Source of the DNA: the human T2T-CHM13v2.0 reference genome, Homo sapiens
DNA length: 64,000 nucleotides
Reading direction: 5' to 3' (one strand)
NCBI RefSeq assembly: GCF_009914755.1
Contig: NC_060927.1
Part shown: one piece after another, positions 15,763-31,839 of the stretch
Layout: each line of letters begins with the position of its first letter
Position numbering within the stretch: the first letter of the stretch is position 1
The notes under the pieces: model-generated
What the model was told of the DNA's origin: nothing
What the model saw: the letters and a program-made list of their open reading frames with translations, nothing else
Database searches by the model: none
Translations under genes and position numbers: made by a program

Positions 15763-16029
15763 CTATGCAAATGGATGGTAGAAAGTACGCTGGAAATGTA
15801 ATATAAACTGCTGAATAATAATAACAATAATAGTTCCATCTACTATTAATTGAGCACTTATGAGCTAGGCATTATATTAAATATTCATGTTTCATGGTTA
15901 AAACAATCAGGAAATGTCAAGAATTATTATCTCTCTCTGTAGCTGTCATTAGTGCAAATCAAGAAATATCCTCGGTCTTCTTCCTTCTAGGCACTTCCTT
16001 ACTTCAGCTGAAGTTAGGCGATGCCGTAT

Positions 16030-16728
16030 CTACTACCTAGAGTTAGCACCAGATCCCCCAGGTTAGAGGCTCAGTCCCACAGGACTATACCCACTTGAGA
16101 TGCCAGGCACAAGCCCCAGGTTATTTTACCTGTGCTTCTGACCAACCAGTTATCAATTGGGAGTTCCCAAGACCTCCTCCTCGGGTTTAACTAATTTTAT
16201 AAGATGGCTAACAGAGCTCACAAAAACCACTGCTGACATTTACCAGTTATTTATAAAGGATATGACAAAAGACACTGGTGAACAGCCAGATGGAAGAGGT
16301 GTACATAACAAGGTATGCCCATGGAGCTTCCATGCCCTCTCTGGGGGTACCACCTTGCAGATACCGCCACATATTTGGCAATCTGGACACTCTCCAAACC
16401 TTGTCCTCTTAAGATTTTATTATTTTATTACATAGGCATGATTGTTACCTCATTAGCCATTGGCGATTAACTCAACTTTTAGTCCCGCTCTCTTCCCCAG
16501 AGACTGGGAGGATGGAACCGAAAGTCCCAACCCTCTAATTATGCTATGGGCTTTCTAGTAACCAGTCACAATCCTGAAGCTACCTAGTGGACTCCAACCA
16601 CTAGTCATCTCATTAGGGTAGAAAAGACACTCATCACTTCAGATATCCCAAGGGTCTTAGGAACTGTGTGCCAGGAACCAGGGGTAAAGACCAAATATGT
16701 ATTTTTTTTATTATATCACAGTATCATA
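16030..16728 (-). mobile_element. MER21-family LTR nested in an older MLT1-like LTR (about 15938-17005)
   Basis: GGCTCAGTCCCACA...GTGCCAGGAACCAGGG...ATTATATCACA, similar to the copy at 32465. The flanks read as two halves of an MLT1. Confidence 0.7.
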
Positions 16729-18914
16729 TCAATTAACTAGTTCCAGCCAGTAAGTTGTGAGTACATATGTTGTGTGACACATTCAGGCCAACGTTTAATT
16801 GCCATCCCTCCTACCCCATCGAAGTTTGCCCTCTCTAGATATGGGGAATGGCAACATTCAAGATGGTAGCTGATCTATCAGCCAGGGACCAGAATAAGGA
16901 TGGACATATACCAAGTGACTTTACGTAAATGTGTAGTAAAAAATACACCTTTGTGGATTCTTAGCCACTGAAATTCTGGGGGTTATTTGTTACTATTGCA
17001 CAACCTTTTTGCCCAATTGGCTTTACTGACCAATAAAGCCATGTTACAAATTAGGAAACGGGCTGAACTTGCCCAAGATCACAAGTTACTCTGAAACAGT
17101 AAAACTTCTGGATCAACTGGGTAACACTATTGGTTCCCTGTGTTTGTATTCTGGTCCCAGAGGCTCTGTGGTGATAGAGACTGAGATAAGAGACAAGTAA
17201 AATAGTGTCCCTTTCGTCAAAAGTCTACCAGGAATAGGACTTTCACGAAATGCTGACAGAGCTCGTGTAAGGTAAAATGTAACTACTCCAGGCTTTGGGA
17301 GGGAGGGAGGTGGAGATGTGAATAGGTGTTGTCCTAAGATGCTAGAATGGTAGAAGTTTATTTCAACTCCTAGGAAGAGCTACCTGTTATGACCCTAAAA
17401 ATAACATCTTTGCTGCAGGAGACATGAAGAATCTCTCAGATAATCCATGAATTCTAGAATGCAAGGAATGGAATGGAGTATAAAGATCATCTGCCCCAGT
17501 GCCTTTTGATTGTTTCTGCCAGTCATTTGCCAGCCTGCCCTCAGGACCATTCCACAGGCTCTTCTGCCTAAATTTGAGACTCTGTTCAGAGACTGAACAG
17601 TAGGGGGAAGACACCAGGCTTTGTTGTCCTCTTTGTGGGTGTAACAGCATCTCCTCTGAAGCTCCAGGTCTCTCCAGACAGCCCTCTCTTCCACATTCCA
17701 GCTCCTGCTATCTCCCCTGCTGTGACTTCTGCTTGTAACAGCTAGCCCTAGACTCGGCCAACACCATTTCCTTCCTCTCCTATGGCTCACGGAAGATTCC
17801 TGCTGTTGTCCATCCATCTCTGTGTTGCCTCCCAAGCCTGTGTGCCTTACAATCTTTCCGGCCCTTTGTTAAATTCTATTAAATGACCTCACAAAATCCC
17901 TGTCTTCCTGACTGGCCCTTACTGACACAGTGCTTCACAGGCTGAAGGTGAAGGGGAATGGCAGTGATCCACTTTTAAAAAGGTCTTTGGGACCCTATAC
18001 TGGAGAAGTTTCCCAGTTAGTCACATGTTTCAAATACTGGGGTTTCAAGATATAAAGGGACCACTGGGGTCCAATCACCTCAGTTTACAGTCAGGAACCT
18101 GGAGGCCTGATGAGGGAAAGTGTCTTGCCTAGGGATCATATAGTAAGCCAGAGGCCTGATGAAAGCTGGACTAATTCCCAGCTTTTTTCCTTCCTTCACA
18201 TGGATTTTGGCAAAGTGACCGTGATAGGAACAGCATCACATTCTTAAACTAGCTGGGGTAGGTGGGCACCTAGGTTTTGTTCCCTTTGGACTTGTACAAT
18301 ATCCTTGCCATCATTCCCTTCCTTCCTGCGTTTCTTTGATAGAGCAAACATTTCTAAGCTTGGAGGGGAAGGGGAAAAATACAACTTAAAAGAAAAGCAA
18401 CACATAAAGATTTAAGGGCCTATGGGAACAAGGGAGCAGAAGCAGAAGAAAAAGAATGAAAAATGAGGCAGGGGACAAAGAGAACCAGAAGATAACAAGA
18501 CAATGGCTAAGTGGGCAAAAACTGACATAAAAACTCCAAGCACAAAACCAGACAGCTACACAGAAAAAAAAAAATGACATGCCCAAGAAATCATCCTTCG
18601 CCCCATGGTTTTAAAATTAGAGGTGTAGAAACAACTGAAATAGCACCTGGGGTGGGGAGGTGGGGGAATCAACAGAGAATATCAAAAGAAATGTCCCTGA
18701 GCTCGACACCCCTGAAAGGGAAAATCGTCTACCCACTGGCTCTGCACTTGCTCCAGCCTTCTTCAGCTCGACTTTGCACACTAGTACTGCTCACTTGGGA
18801 AGGCAGCATAAAGCAGTATTAGAAAGAGCCCAGGACTTACTAGTAATCAAGAAAATAGAAACTCAAACAAAACGGAAGAAGCCATTTTGCCAAAAGGAAT
18901 GAAGATGCCACTGA

Positions 18915-18929
18915 ACACAAACACAAACA

Positions 18930-18962
<33 letters not shown>
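18915..18962. repeat. (AAACAC)n/(CA)n microsatellite
   Basis: Read directly. Confidence 0.95.
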
Positions 18963-18965
<3 letters not shown>

Positions 18966-21450
18966 ATCTGATGCTATTGTTGTTGAAGGTCAGGTGAAAT
19001 GCACTTTCTCAGATACTATCCTTACAACAGAACACTAGTGCAACCACCTTCCAAAACAATTTGACAGTGTTTATGAAAACTAAAGCACCCCCATTCTCTG
19101 ACCTGGAAAGTCTACTTCCTGGGTATCTATCCTAGCAAAACATGTACCAGAGATACATGCAAGGATCTTCTCTGGAGAATTGTACATAACAAAAGGATAC
19201 GATTGGAAATGATCCAAATGCCCATCAAATAGAAGACTGGCAAAACAAACTATAATATATTCTGACTGTGTGAACTATTTAACATTATCTATGGCAACAC
19301 AGTATCACCAAGTAACCATGTGTACCCCTACATTTCTCAGTTCTCTTGTAGCTAGTATGCCAAAACTTTTAAGAGACCATGTGCAACCCTCCAGAGCCCT
19401 ATTTGTTGGCTACAAGGACCTGGAAGCCACATGTGGAGATGGTGGAATCACAGGTGAGATTAGGCTGGATTATAAGAGTTACAACATGGGGGATGTCACC
19501 TGACCCACATGTGCATGACTGAGAAATAAACGTTTGACGTGTTAACCACTGAGATCTTAGGAATAACTCATGATAACAGCATTGACTAATCTAGCCTATT
19601 AAGTCTGAACATGGTAGCACTAATTATTCTACAAGGCACAAGACTAAAAGAAACCAGCAAGCTGCAGAACAATACATACAGCAGAAGAACATATATTAGA
19701 CACACATGTTCACACATGAAGCAATAATGTGTATCTTCTAAGGACAGATACATGCATAAGTAAATGTATAGGAAAAGGTCCAGATGATGTTCACCAAGCT
19801 ATTGCCAGTAAACTTGGGAAGGGCAGACCAAGAAATTTCAACCTAATCTATAATTTAAAAAAATTTTTTTAATAATGAATTTTTAAATAAATTCATTTAT
19901 TATTTGTGCCATAAATATCAATCTACTTAAAAGCAACATTGAGAAAAAGAAATAAAAGCCAGGCTTTAACACAATGGTGTAGCCTTAAGTCTCTATTAAC
20001 TTTTGTGCAAAACAAAGGGCTTGCCCCTTACTTAAATGTAGCAGGGTTCTTCAAATGTGGTATGAAATCGAGGTGGGTGAGCAAAAGCCGCATTTTCTGT
20101 TATACAGAACTACCACCTCTAATATAAACTCCTGCTGTTAGATATGAAGAGGCTCTTAAACCTCACTTCGAGCTCTCAACAGCAGTGACGACAGTGGAAT
20201 ACAAACAAGGAATTAGATTTAAACTCAGAGGAAAATATATTTCCCTCTCATTACAGGCATGGCAATGAAGGCAGATGCTTGGTGGGCTGTGGCAAGTCAA
20301 AAGTTAGTATGTGTTTGTTATATTTTAGTTTTGCCAATGTTGTTCTGTATGCAAATTAGCACCGATAAATCTACCTTAGTCACGTTACCTAGGAAATATG
20401 AGGCCTCAAATAAATGTGTTGGTGCAAATGAAAAGACAGATATAACTCAATGTGTCTCAATATAAGTGTCATAAAATAAAAGGCCTGCTTGTTTAAAACA
20501 GGCTCTGATGAAGAAGGCACTTTAACTGTGCCATCCGGTAAAAGAGATTAAGTGGAATCCTGTTTGTGAGAGGAAAAATAATAATACCAATAATGCTGTT
20601 CTGCTTAGGCCTTAATACGATGACAACAGCACGTCAACTTCTCTTTCAGCATGAAAACATGCTACAGAAATAGGTAAGAAAAGTAATCATCGGGATTAGA
20701 AGCCTAAGCCTATGGAAAGGAAAAAAATAATAATGTCAGATGTAGAAGGAAGAATAGGACTGTGGGTACTGACACTGTTCTTTTTCCCTCCATGTTCAGG
20801 CTAAAGAGTAGTCTTCATTGGAAGTCACCTTTGAAAACAGAACGTCACTTTTGTTTAGCACTGCAATACTCTTCACCACTCTCCACTTGGGTTCTCCCTG
20901 TTTTGCACACTGTAAGAAAATGAATTAACCAATTAATTAGCCCCCTGTGGCTGAGTTCTTAAACTCTAGAAGGGGTACAGAGAGATCCTACCTACCCTAT
21001 GGATGGCAGAAATGGCAGCTGACATGAGTTTCACTTCCTCATTTATAAAATAGAGGATACTAACAGGCCCATCTTCAAAGGCTGTTGTAAAGATTAAATG
21101 AGTTAATATATGCAAATAAACTGGAACAGTGCCCATGACAAGTACTCAAAAAAAGTTAGCTATTATTATTTAATCCAGAAATATAAAAGAGGAGGAAAGG
21201 TGTAACAAGTAGATACCTGGCAATCATTAAGATAAAAATAGTAGGTGATCATATAAATAATTTTGTTTTAATAGTGCCCACTGAGCCCTGCTCATTGTTT
21301 TAAATACATTTGTAGAGATATTTTTAAACTCTAATCATGGAATTTCTATACTTGAATCACTCAACAATCACAGAAAAAGAACAGTAATTTGCAAAAGGAA
21401 GAACTAGAAAAATCTCACATTCAGAAAGCATCTTAAAATGTGCTACTTAG

Positions 21451-21770
<320 letters not shown>

Positions 21771-23612
21771 TCATCTCATTTGAACTAGGTTATCCCCATC
21801 TCACAGAAGAAGTCTGAAGGTGAGACAGGTTGGTTAAGTAGCTTGTCTAAGGCCACTCAGCTGATTAAGAGAGAGTCACGATTTGAATCCAGGTCCCCCT
21901 GCCTAAAAAAAACCCATGAGCTTTCTATTATCACATCTGACTTTTTCTCTTTTTAGTCAGTCTGTAAATCCTGTGTCAATTAAAAACTACTTGGAACCAC
22001 CACAGACAAAAACTATACTGCCATTCCTGACCTAAAATTACTGTTTTCCATTTTAAAGTATGAACAAATAAAGCAGCTGACAAATTGGTAATAATAATAA
22101 TGACGATATGGTACCTGAAAAGCCAGCGTTGAAGGGATGTAAAACTTAATTAGAGTGGATAGCTAGAGAAGAAAAGTACTTTAAAGTTCCCGCATCAAGA
22201 GAAACAACACTTGAGTTATTCTTCACAGGACATCAGACTAGGATCAGACCAGCGTCCGAGACCATTTTTGTTCCATTGACAACGCATCTCTGATAGTGCC
22301 ACATGTCTTATCTAAGGCCTCTAGCAGTAAAGCAAGCAGCATCAGTTTAAAATAATAATAATAAAATCATCTGTACTTCCAAAAAAGAATTGACAGTTGA
22401 GCTTTCAGATTATCCAGAAACTGGATCACAGCAGGTTGCTATTTTAGAATTCATTCTTCTTGGGGTGCCTTGGCAAAGTCTTACGTTGCTGATCCAAATC
22501 AAATACTAGTGAACATTTCTGAGTCCCATGAAATTCCAGAAACTGTGTTATTCCACTTGGAAAGCATTACCTCGTGAGATTCTCCAATTAAAGGAAGATA
22601 CCAGCAGAAGCTCATTTTACAGATAAGCAAAAGAAGGTTCAGAGTAACTAAGTGCCTGCTCAGGGTGACACAGCTGGTTGGAGGCAAAGCCATATTTCAA
22701 ATACAGGTATGTCTGACTGAGGAGCCTGTGCCCTTTAACTAGGCAGTGCTGGTGTATTATCTCCCAGTGCACAACCATGGGCCCTGAGCCTTGAAGTCAA
22801 CTGGGGCAAAAGAAGCAGGAGGCTCTGGTTTATAGATTTCACTGCAGGAAGGTACAGAGCTGTACCGAATATGAGGTTCACTGGGAAAATGGGAAGGTGT
22901 GAAAGAGAGGTTGCTGGATCGGTTTCCCTAACTCGAAAGAATTAAGATTCGCAAAGATACTGCCTTGTTCTTTTTATCCTAGGTTCAGCAGAAAAGCAGC
23001 ATATATTTTAAGGAGCAAAGAAATGTAAAACACTTTGTAGTAATGACAAATGCCCAAAGGAGAGTTTGCTGCATAACTCTATAATGCTGCTCTGCCAGCA
23101 GCAAGAAAGAAAAGGGAGGGAAAAAAATACAACCTTGATAAACATTAGCATATTAGCACAACAGCAGAAACAAATGTATAAAAGGCTCTAAAAATACCAA
23201 ACATCCTTTCAGAATGCCTGTCTGTTCCCTCCTGGAGAGTATGCTAGCTCAATCATGTTGTAGAAGAAAATCACCTTAATTTTACCCTGCAAACAGAAGT
23301 AGGCAAGATTTATTTATAGATAAAGAAAACAAATTAAGGTAATATAAACATATACTGGCATTTAACTCCTACCAAGGAAACTGGCAGACCTATACTTTGT
23401 TCATTCATTTAACAATTTTCCACTGCATCCATAATGTGGTCACTGTGTTTGACATCCAAGATCTAGCAGTAATCAGCACAGACAAGTTCTTTGTGGTCAG
23501 CAAGCTTTTGCCCTAGGAGGAGAGGCAGGGAAGAAAGACATGAACACATTAATGAAGAGTGTAATTACAGAGCAGCAAATGCTATGAGGGAAAAGAAAGA
23601 CACACATGATGA

Positions 23613-23941
23613 GGCCGGGTGCAGTGGCTCACACCCGTTAACCCCAGCACTTTCGGAAGCCAAGGCAGATGGATCACCTGAGGTCAGGAGTTCAAGACCA
23701 GCATGGCCCACATGGTGAAACCTTGTCTCTACTAAAAATACAAAAATTAGCTGGGCGTGGTGGCACGCACCTTTAATCCCAGGTACTCAGGAGGCTGAGA
23801 CAGGAGAACAGCTTGAACGCAGGAGGCAGAGGTTGCAGTGAAACGAGAATGCACCATTGGACTCCAGCCTGGGTGACACAGTGAGACTCCATCTCAAAAA
23901 AAAAAAAAAAAAAAAGAAAGAAAAAAGAAAAAGAAAAGAAA
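23613..23941 (+). mobile_element. AluS element inserted in an L2 relic (about 23400-24640)
   Basis: Full Alu with long A/(GAAAA) tail; TSD similar to AAGAAAGACACATGATGA. Confidence 0.95.
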
Positions 23942-24331
23942 GACACATGATGAGCTGTGCAGGCCAATTTTAGACTGAGTGGTCACCTTTAAAGAAATGA
24001 CATCTGTGCAGAAATCTGGAGACAGAAAAGAGGTATACCTGTGAAGGAACTGAGGCAAAGCACAGCAGGCTGAGAGGCCAGCATGTTCCAAGGCTCTGGG
24101 GTAGGAAAGGGGTTGGCACGTGCACGAACAAGGGAGTATGGTGACAGAGGAGCATGAAAATGCCAGCAGGGACCAGATAATGCAGGTGCTGGTAAGGCAA
24201 ATACAGAGTTTAGACTTCATTCACTCAGTTTTAAACAGGGAAGTGAGAAGATCAAATTCACGTTTTAGAAAAGCCACTGTTTTCTGTTTGGAGAATAAAA
24301 CCAATTGGGAGAGAGCTGCATTAAACCAGAT

Positions 24332-24525
24332 TAAGGTTAGCAAACTTTTTCTATAAAGAGCCAGATAGTAAATATTATAGGCTTTGAGGCCAGGTGGACT
24401 CTGTTGCAACTACTCAACTCTGCCTTTGTAGTGCAAACTAGCCATCAATCATAAATAAATTAATAGGCATGGCTGTGTTCCAATAAAGCTTTATTTGGCT
24501 AGCAGGCCAGTGTGCTGATCTCTCA
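24332..24525 (+). mobile_element. MER58A-like hAT-Charlie element
   Basis: GCAAACTTTTTCTATAAAGAGCCAGATAGTAAATATT...GGCTGTGTTCCAATAAA. Confidence 0.75.
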
Positions 24526-24784
24526 ACTAGACTATAGAGAAGGGCAGTAGAGGTGGGGACAGAAAGAAATGAGGGGATTCTGGATAAAGTTTGGTGATGA
24601 GGTAAAGCTTACTTGTGGATTAGATGTGGGTTTAAGGAAAAAAAAAAGAAATCTAGTATTAGACACACACACACTTTACAATGTTAGTTGATATGCATGT
24701 GGTAAATCTGATGTACCTGCTAGTCATAAAAAAGGCACTTCTTTAAAAACAATCTTAACCTCAAATCTTTTGCCCAAACTGGCC

Positions 24785-25200
24785 TTATAGTTTGAATGTT
24801 TCTTCCCTCCAAAAGTCATATGGCACTTAATCTCCAATGTGGCAGTATTGAGAGGTGGGATCTATAACAGGTAATTGGGTTCTGAGAGCTTTGCCCTCAT
24901 GAATGGACCAATCCATTCAAGGATGAATGGATTAATGGGTTAATGGATTATCATGGGAGTGAAATCGGTGGCTTTCTAAGAAAAAGAAGAGAGATGAGAG
25001 CTAGTACTCTCAGCCCCTTCACCATGCATCCCTTGGGGACTATGCAGAAGAGGTCTCACCAGCAAGAAGGCCCTCACCAGATACAGCCCTTTGACCTTGG
25101 ACTCCTCAGGCTCCATAACTATAAGAAATAAATTCCTTTTCTTTATAAATGACCTAGTTTCAGGCTGTCTCTTATAAGCAACAGAAAATGAACTAAGACA
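24785..25200 (+). mobile_element. MST (MSTC-like) MaLR solo LTR
   Basis: TATAGTTTGAATG...GAACTAAGACA; 5-bp TSD TGGCC. Confidence 0.85.
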
Positions 25201-26530
25201 TGGCCTATGTATTACATTTAATTATTGACATTTCTGCACATCATTCCACCACATCAGAGCTGCTGGGCCTTTGATCTTATAACTTTCTTCCATTATTTAA
25301 TATCAATCTCAGCGGGCAACAGGCTACAGTACCTCTATCTGCTACAGTGGCCCATCTGAGATTCTCTCCTAGGAGAGAACACAAGGCCTCCCTTGATTAC
25401 AGAGATGCTACATAGAAATAACAAAAACCAAAGACATTAAAGCTAAGGATTAATAAGATTGGCCTATCCAATGGAATACTGTAAAATGGTTCCAATGAAT
25501 GAACCAGCTCTTGAAATATGTCAATGCAAATATATTTACAAAGCAAAACACAGGGGAAAAACTAGCAAGTGGTAGAACAAGAGGAACACATAAGAGTATG
25601 CACACTTAAATAGAAAATAATAATAGTAAACAATCTTAGGAAGATACATACATAGATATATCAAAACCATTTGGAAGGTGACATGCCAAGTTTAGGACAC
25701 TGACTATGTTAAAGGGTCAGAAGGGATCATGGATTTTCCGATGAGACAACAACAGACTTCGATTTCATCACTTATACTTTACGTCTTTTATTTTAAAGTG
25801 ATCTGAGCAAATCTGAGAAAATAGTAGTTGGAACTTCTTCACATTGGACCCACAGATGACTGTGATATTAATCTCTATACGCTGTTTTATCCTGAATAAA
25901 AGTTATCTATTTCATGTAGTTAATTTAATAACTACATTTAATTCCCCAAAGATGGGTTTATTAATAAAATGAAAGAAGGCAAGCTAGAAAAAGAAAAAAA
26001 ATCTAATTACATTTAATAAAATTAATAATTTTCTAACTACTTTGAAAAGATTAATAAGATCTGAAGGAAACCTGAGATTATGACAGGCCAAAAGTCCATG
26101 TGACACATGAGTAACTGAGGCCTGAAGTTACAAGAGTAACGGACACTCCCTCAACAGGCCAGCATTAAGCACCCATCCCTGTGCTTAGGCACTGCCCTTG
26201 CAGCCTGCCAAGACAACATCTCTGCAGAACAGGTGAGCTCATGGAAGAAGGCGAGGATATTTGTGCCAAGTAGCTTGGTCTTATGTCAGGTTCATGTTCA
26301 TAAAAATTGAGTCTCTGCTCACTTGTGGCACAAATAACTCTAGAAGTTGTTTCCTGAAAATTAAGTCACTGCTCCATCTCATTTAAATATATATATATAT
26401 ACCTATGTGTATGTATGTGTATATATATGTCATTCCCCCCACCCACTCAGGTGAGTCTCTGTGGTGGCAAAAGAGGGTCTGTGTTCCAAGAATCATCTCC
26501 ATGCAAAGTGTTCATTTGAAAACAAATTGC

Positions 26531-26881
<351 letters not shown>

Positions 26882-29287
26882 TTAAATTTTCAAAAAGGGG
26901 AAAAAATCTTGTTCTGGGGCTATTCATTATTCATTAAAACCCGCCCAACTACACCATCAGAGCAGATCCTTTACAATACTCAGAGAAGGGAAAGTACTAG
27001 ATATTTTTATTCAACCATGTGGCCCAAACACATCACCAGTGTGAGAGGAACAACAGCAGTGTTTTTCAAGATCTCTACCTCAAATGAGCTTGCACACTAA
27101 GCGGGTAAAGCAGAGATATTAGCAAAACACCAGCTTCCAGGGTGGCTGGGATAATGTACGTGAAGGTGCTTTGTAAACCCTAAAGAACCTACGTGCACAT
27201 TCACCATCACCATTACCAGGGGTCAAACATGTCATCTCAATGCATCAGATTTGACTGTCTCACAGGGCCCTGCTACCATCTCCACACCCTGCAGTTAGCA
27301 ATTTGTTAGCCCTCCTTAAATTACTCCCCACAGTCCTTTCCAATAAATCCAGATGAAAGCTTGCAAGGGACAGACTTTATTCAATCAACCCACTCCTGCT
27401 CCTTCTAAGGATCTAATAGTGCTTAATAGTTTAGGATACATTTGAGTTTAATGGGATTTACCTGATAGCAAGAGACTTCTCATCACTTCTTTATAGCGGC
27501 AGTTTTGAGTGACCTAGCTAACTCAATCTCACAAGTTTGCCTGTCACACTGGCTTGCCAAAGAAATGACTTGTAGAGTAGGAAATGAGCGACCTTCGCTG
27601 GGGAAATTCCTGAGATCATCTGACATTTTGAATGTTCTCTGTGCAGAATGATAATTGGTGTCTGTGAGGTCTGAAGTCCACTATTTGTGTTTAGAAAGAC
27701 ATTTCATTCTTGTTGATGAATAAAATACTACTGCTATGGAAAACTTGATCTTAGATGCTTTTAAAGAAAAATATAACATTGCAGAGAGCACCCTTTCTTT
27801 CACAATTTCATTGTCAAAATCTCCATTTAAGGAGAAATAATAATTTTGATGATTAAATTCCATGGCCCTCCCCAATATTCCACATAAAATGCCCTAGTTA
27901 TAAAAAAGAAAAACACATGCCAAATTTTTCCATCTATGTTAGTCATCTCTTCTCTTATAGTAATTTGAATTTCTTTAGCCAGGGAGGGGGAGAGGGTAAA
28001 TCATCCAAATATTACTTTTATCTATAAGAATAATCCATAGAAGTTAAATTCAAGGTGAGCTTTCAGAAAACTAGATATCATGAAAAGGAAACTTTAAAAT
28101 AATCCCTGAAAAAAAAATTTATACCCAAGTGCAGAATGCACGGTAGTCAAATGAGCCTGTCACACTGTCCAGGAAATGTGTGAAATACATACTGTCATTC
28201 ATTTGAAAAGTCCACTGTGATGACAAAGACCTCAGAAAAGTACACACAAAAAGACTCTTACAAATAGACAATCTGACACAGTATCTAAGCAGCAAAGGAA
28301 ACAATATCCTAAACATACTATACCCTCTTAAAATCAGAGGAGCCGAAGAACCTAAGAAACATCAAGAAAGTTTTATACTAATGACTCTTCTTTTAGGAAC
28401 CCATAGTGAAATGCTAGATGATATTGCTACAAGCTAACAACTGGCCCAAACTAGAAGTGAAGAGAGAATGAGGCAGAAAGGATCAAAGTATGCTGTAATG
28501 TCAAGATGACAGTTCTGGGAGTTGATAATTGAGAAATAAGCTTAAGTGAGTGGCATCGAAGGCTCGGTGGGTCATCTTCACCCTGCCATTTATTCACAGG
28601 TGACCTCTGTTTGTTTATGCTAACTGCAAATATCAACCACCATGACCTTACAAGTTTGCTGGCAAAGTAAAATGAAAGATTTCTGTGAAATCTCTTTTCC
28701 ACCTCGTCCAGGATCAAGAAGCAACACCAGGGAGGTGAGAAATGCACCACAGTGGGGATTTGGTTCTATGACCTTCCACCAGGTAGATCCAGCCAGCATC
28801 TAATTAGCTACCCAATGCAGGAGAAAGATCTAAACAACTCTCCCTTATTGGCCATTACTCTCTTCTCTTGAGGACCTTTGCCTCTAAAGGAGGACAGTCA
28901 GCTCAAAATTAAAATTGATCTCTGAAGCTCCTGCTGCCTCTGAAAACACTAGACATGAAAGCTACTCACCTTCTCAGGGCAGAAGAAACACCCCAAGGAA
29001 GTATACCGATGGCCGGGAAAATGAACTGAGGCCTTGAGAACAAGCCCCCTCCCAAAAGCAATCTGCTGAACACCAAGTATCACCTACACTACACGGTAAG
29101 ATCTAGTGCTAAGCACAGTGGGGACACAGAAAGGATGAATGTAAGACTGGACCAAGCTGTCTAAACCAAGCTGCTATATTCATAGCAGCACTAGGGGAAA
29201 AAAATTAATGGAGTGCCCCTGGTAGAGGAGAATGGTAAGCAGATAAGAACTAGATTGAAGTAGGATCCCACAGTCAAAAGAGCATAG

Positions 29288-29603
<316 letters not shown>

Positions 29604-29945
29604 ACTAGGGTTATCTTTTGTCTGAAGGCTGGGCACCCATGGAGCAGAGCGGGGGCTCGGGCAACCATCAAAATGATCAGCACCAAGCAGCAAGGGGTAT
29701 GCTGGACAAAAACAGCAATTGTAGGGTACACGGGCCCAAGAGATGAAATAGTGCCTCAGGGGACTACTAACAGGAAAAGACCAGTTACTGGCAGTCACTG
29801 GTGACAGGATGGTCTAGGGCACAAGAGCAAGAATGATGAAACAACACAGACCAACATCATGAAAGAGAAACAAATAGAAGAACTAACGCTGAAGGAGAAA
29901 AAGTTGAAGGAGGACATAGCACAAAACTGCTTTTTAAAAGTACAT

Positions 29946-30299
<354 letters not shown>

Positions 30300-30817
30300 T
30301 CAACTAGAAGTTTGAAATGTTTTTGTTTTTAAAAAAGGACTAGAGATGGGTTGAAAGTAGAGAGACTATAACCAGAAGACAAATCAGTGAGCTTGAAATT
30401 GAAGATGGGGGGATTTCATGGTCAAATATCTGGGAAATACAGTTTTATTTTCTTCACTTAGAGGTTCTCGATATATGCTTTATTTGAGGTTCTGAGGAGC
30501 TTGACCATTAAAAAAAAAAATCTACTTAACTATATTTAGTTATCCCCCAACCAATTTTTACTTGGCATCTGCTTTAAATCCCATGGAATTAGTTACTCCT
30601 TTGGGAAATGCCATAGACTGCAAAACAGGACAAAGTACACAACTAACCATACACCATATAGAAGCAAATTGGAGCTGTTGCACATCTGTGTGAAAATACT
30701 TTTACTTGGATATTTCACAATTATTTTCTCATTAGATCTGAACAGCATCTTTGGGATTCAATGTAGTAAATCAAAAGAAAGATGAAGAGGACCTAGACTT
30801 GGGCCATTATCAGTGAC

Positions 30818-31426
30818 GTGCCAGTTATGAAGTTATTTTGTCTCAGCTCCAAAATCTCCTTTCTAGGTGTTCATTGCTCTGCGGGGCTGATAATCCTGCA
30901 AATTACTTTCTCTTTCGCCATCTGGCTTCCTATTAGGGTCTGCCCATATGGGGCACACTATAGGGAGACTAAAGGGCTGGCAGATAGAGATGATATCTGC
31001 TCCTTTCTAATGTTTTGTCACCATAGCCCCTGGCCCCACAGCTCCTCATCCTGGCAAAAGGAGCTGGTTTCAAGACTAGCTGGTTCCAGTTTACAGGTGC
31101 TACCAGCACTCCCTGACCAGCCTTGGAGCCACTGAAACCAGCCAAGCAGCAGCCTTTCCGAAAACTCTAGATCCCAGCTCTGCAGGACCTATGTTCCAAG
31201 TTCCCAAGTTCTTAGAGAGCTTCAACCTCTTCCTTTTATCTTGGGTTGGGGGTGGGGGACACTGCCTCCTGCAAGTTATAATCTCTGTTTTAGTTAGTGG
31301 TGGTTTTTTTTGGAGTTTTTTGCCCTTCTAGTCCTCCAATACTTCTTTACTCAATTCTCTATGTTAAATTTTATCTGTTAAAATAATGGGCATAGTCTCT
31401 ATCTTTCTAACTGGACCCCAAATGAT
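30818..31426 (+). mobile_element. LTR33/LTR41-like ERVL LTR
   Basis: TGCCAGTTATGAAGTTATT..TCTCAGCTCCAAA start; CTGTTAAAATAA...CTAACTGGACCC end. Confidence 0.55.
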
Positions 31427-31839
31427 AAAAGCAGGAATAGGAAGACATATATAAATACATAGAAATTTAGTAAATACTTCCCTGTTTCATACTTTCTTAT
31501 GTGTACTAATTTTATATATGTATATGGCTAGAGCAGCTCCACAGGGCAATCACTTGTTTTGTTCACTGATGAGTGCCCCGTGCCCAGAACACTGCATGAG
31601 ACATTGTAGGCATTCGATTTAGTTTTTTATTGAATGAAGGCGAGTATGAATGTATAAGATGGTCAAAGGTAGATTTACCCCTATATGCAATTGTAAGGAA
31701 TATTTTGATACACTATTTGGGATGAGTGGATGAGACACCCAGAGGGTATGTTTAAGTAACCACAGATAGAAAGCAAACTTCCATCGAAGAGAAGGGTGTC
31801 TAGCTGACCACAGGACTTTTTGGTGAGTGGACATGGAAC

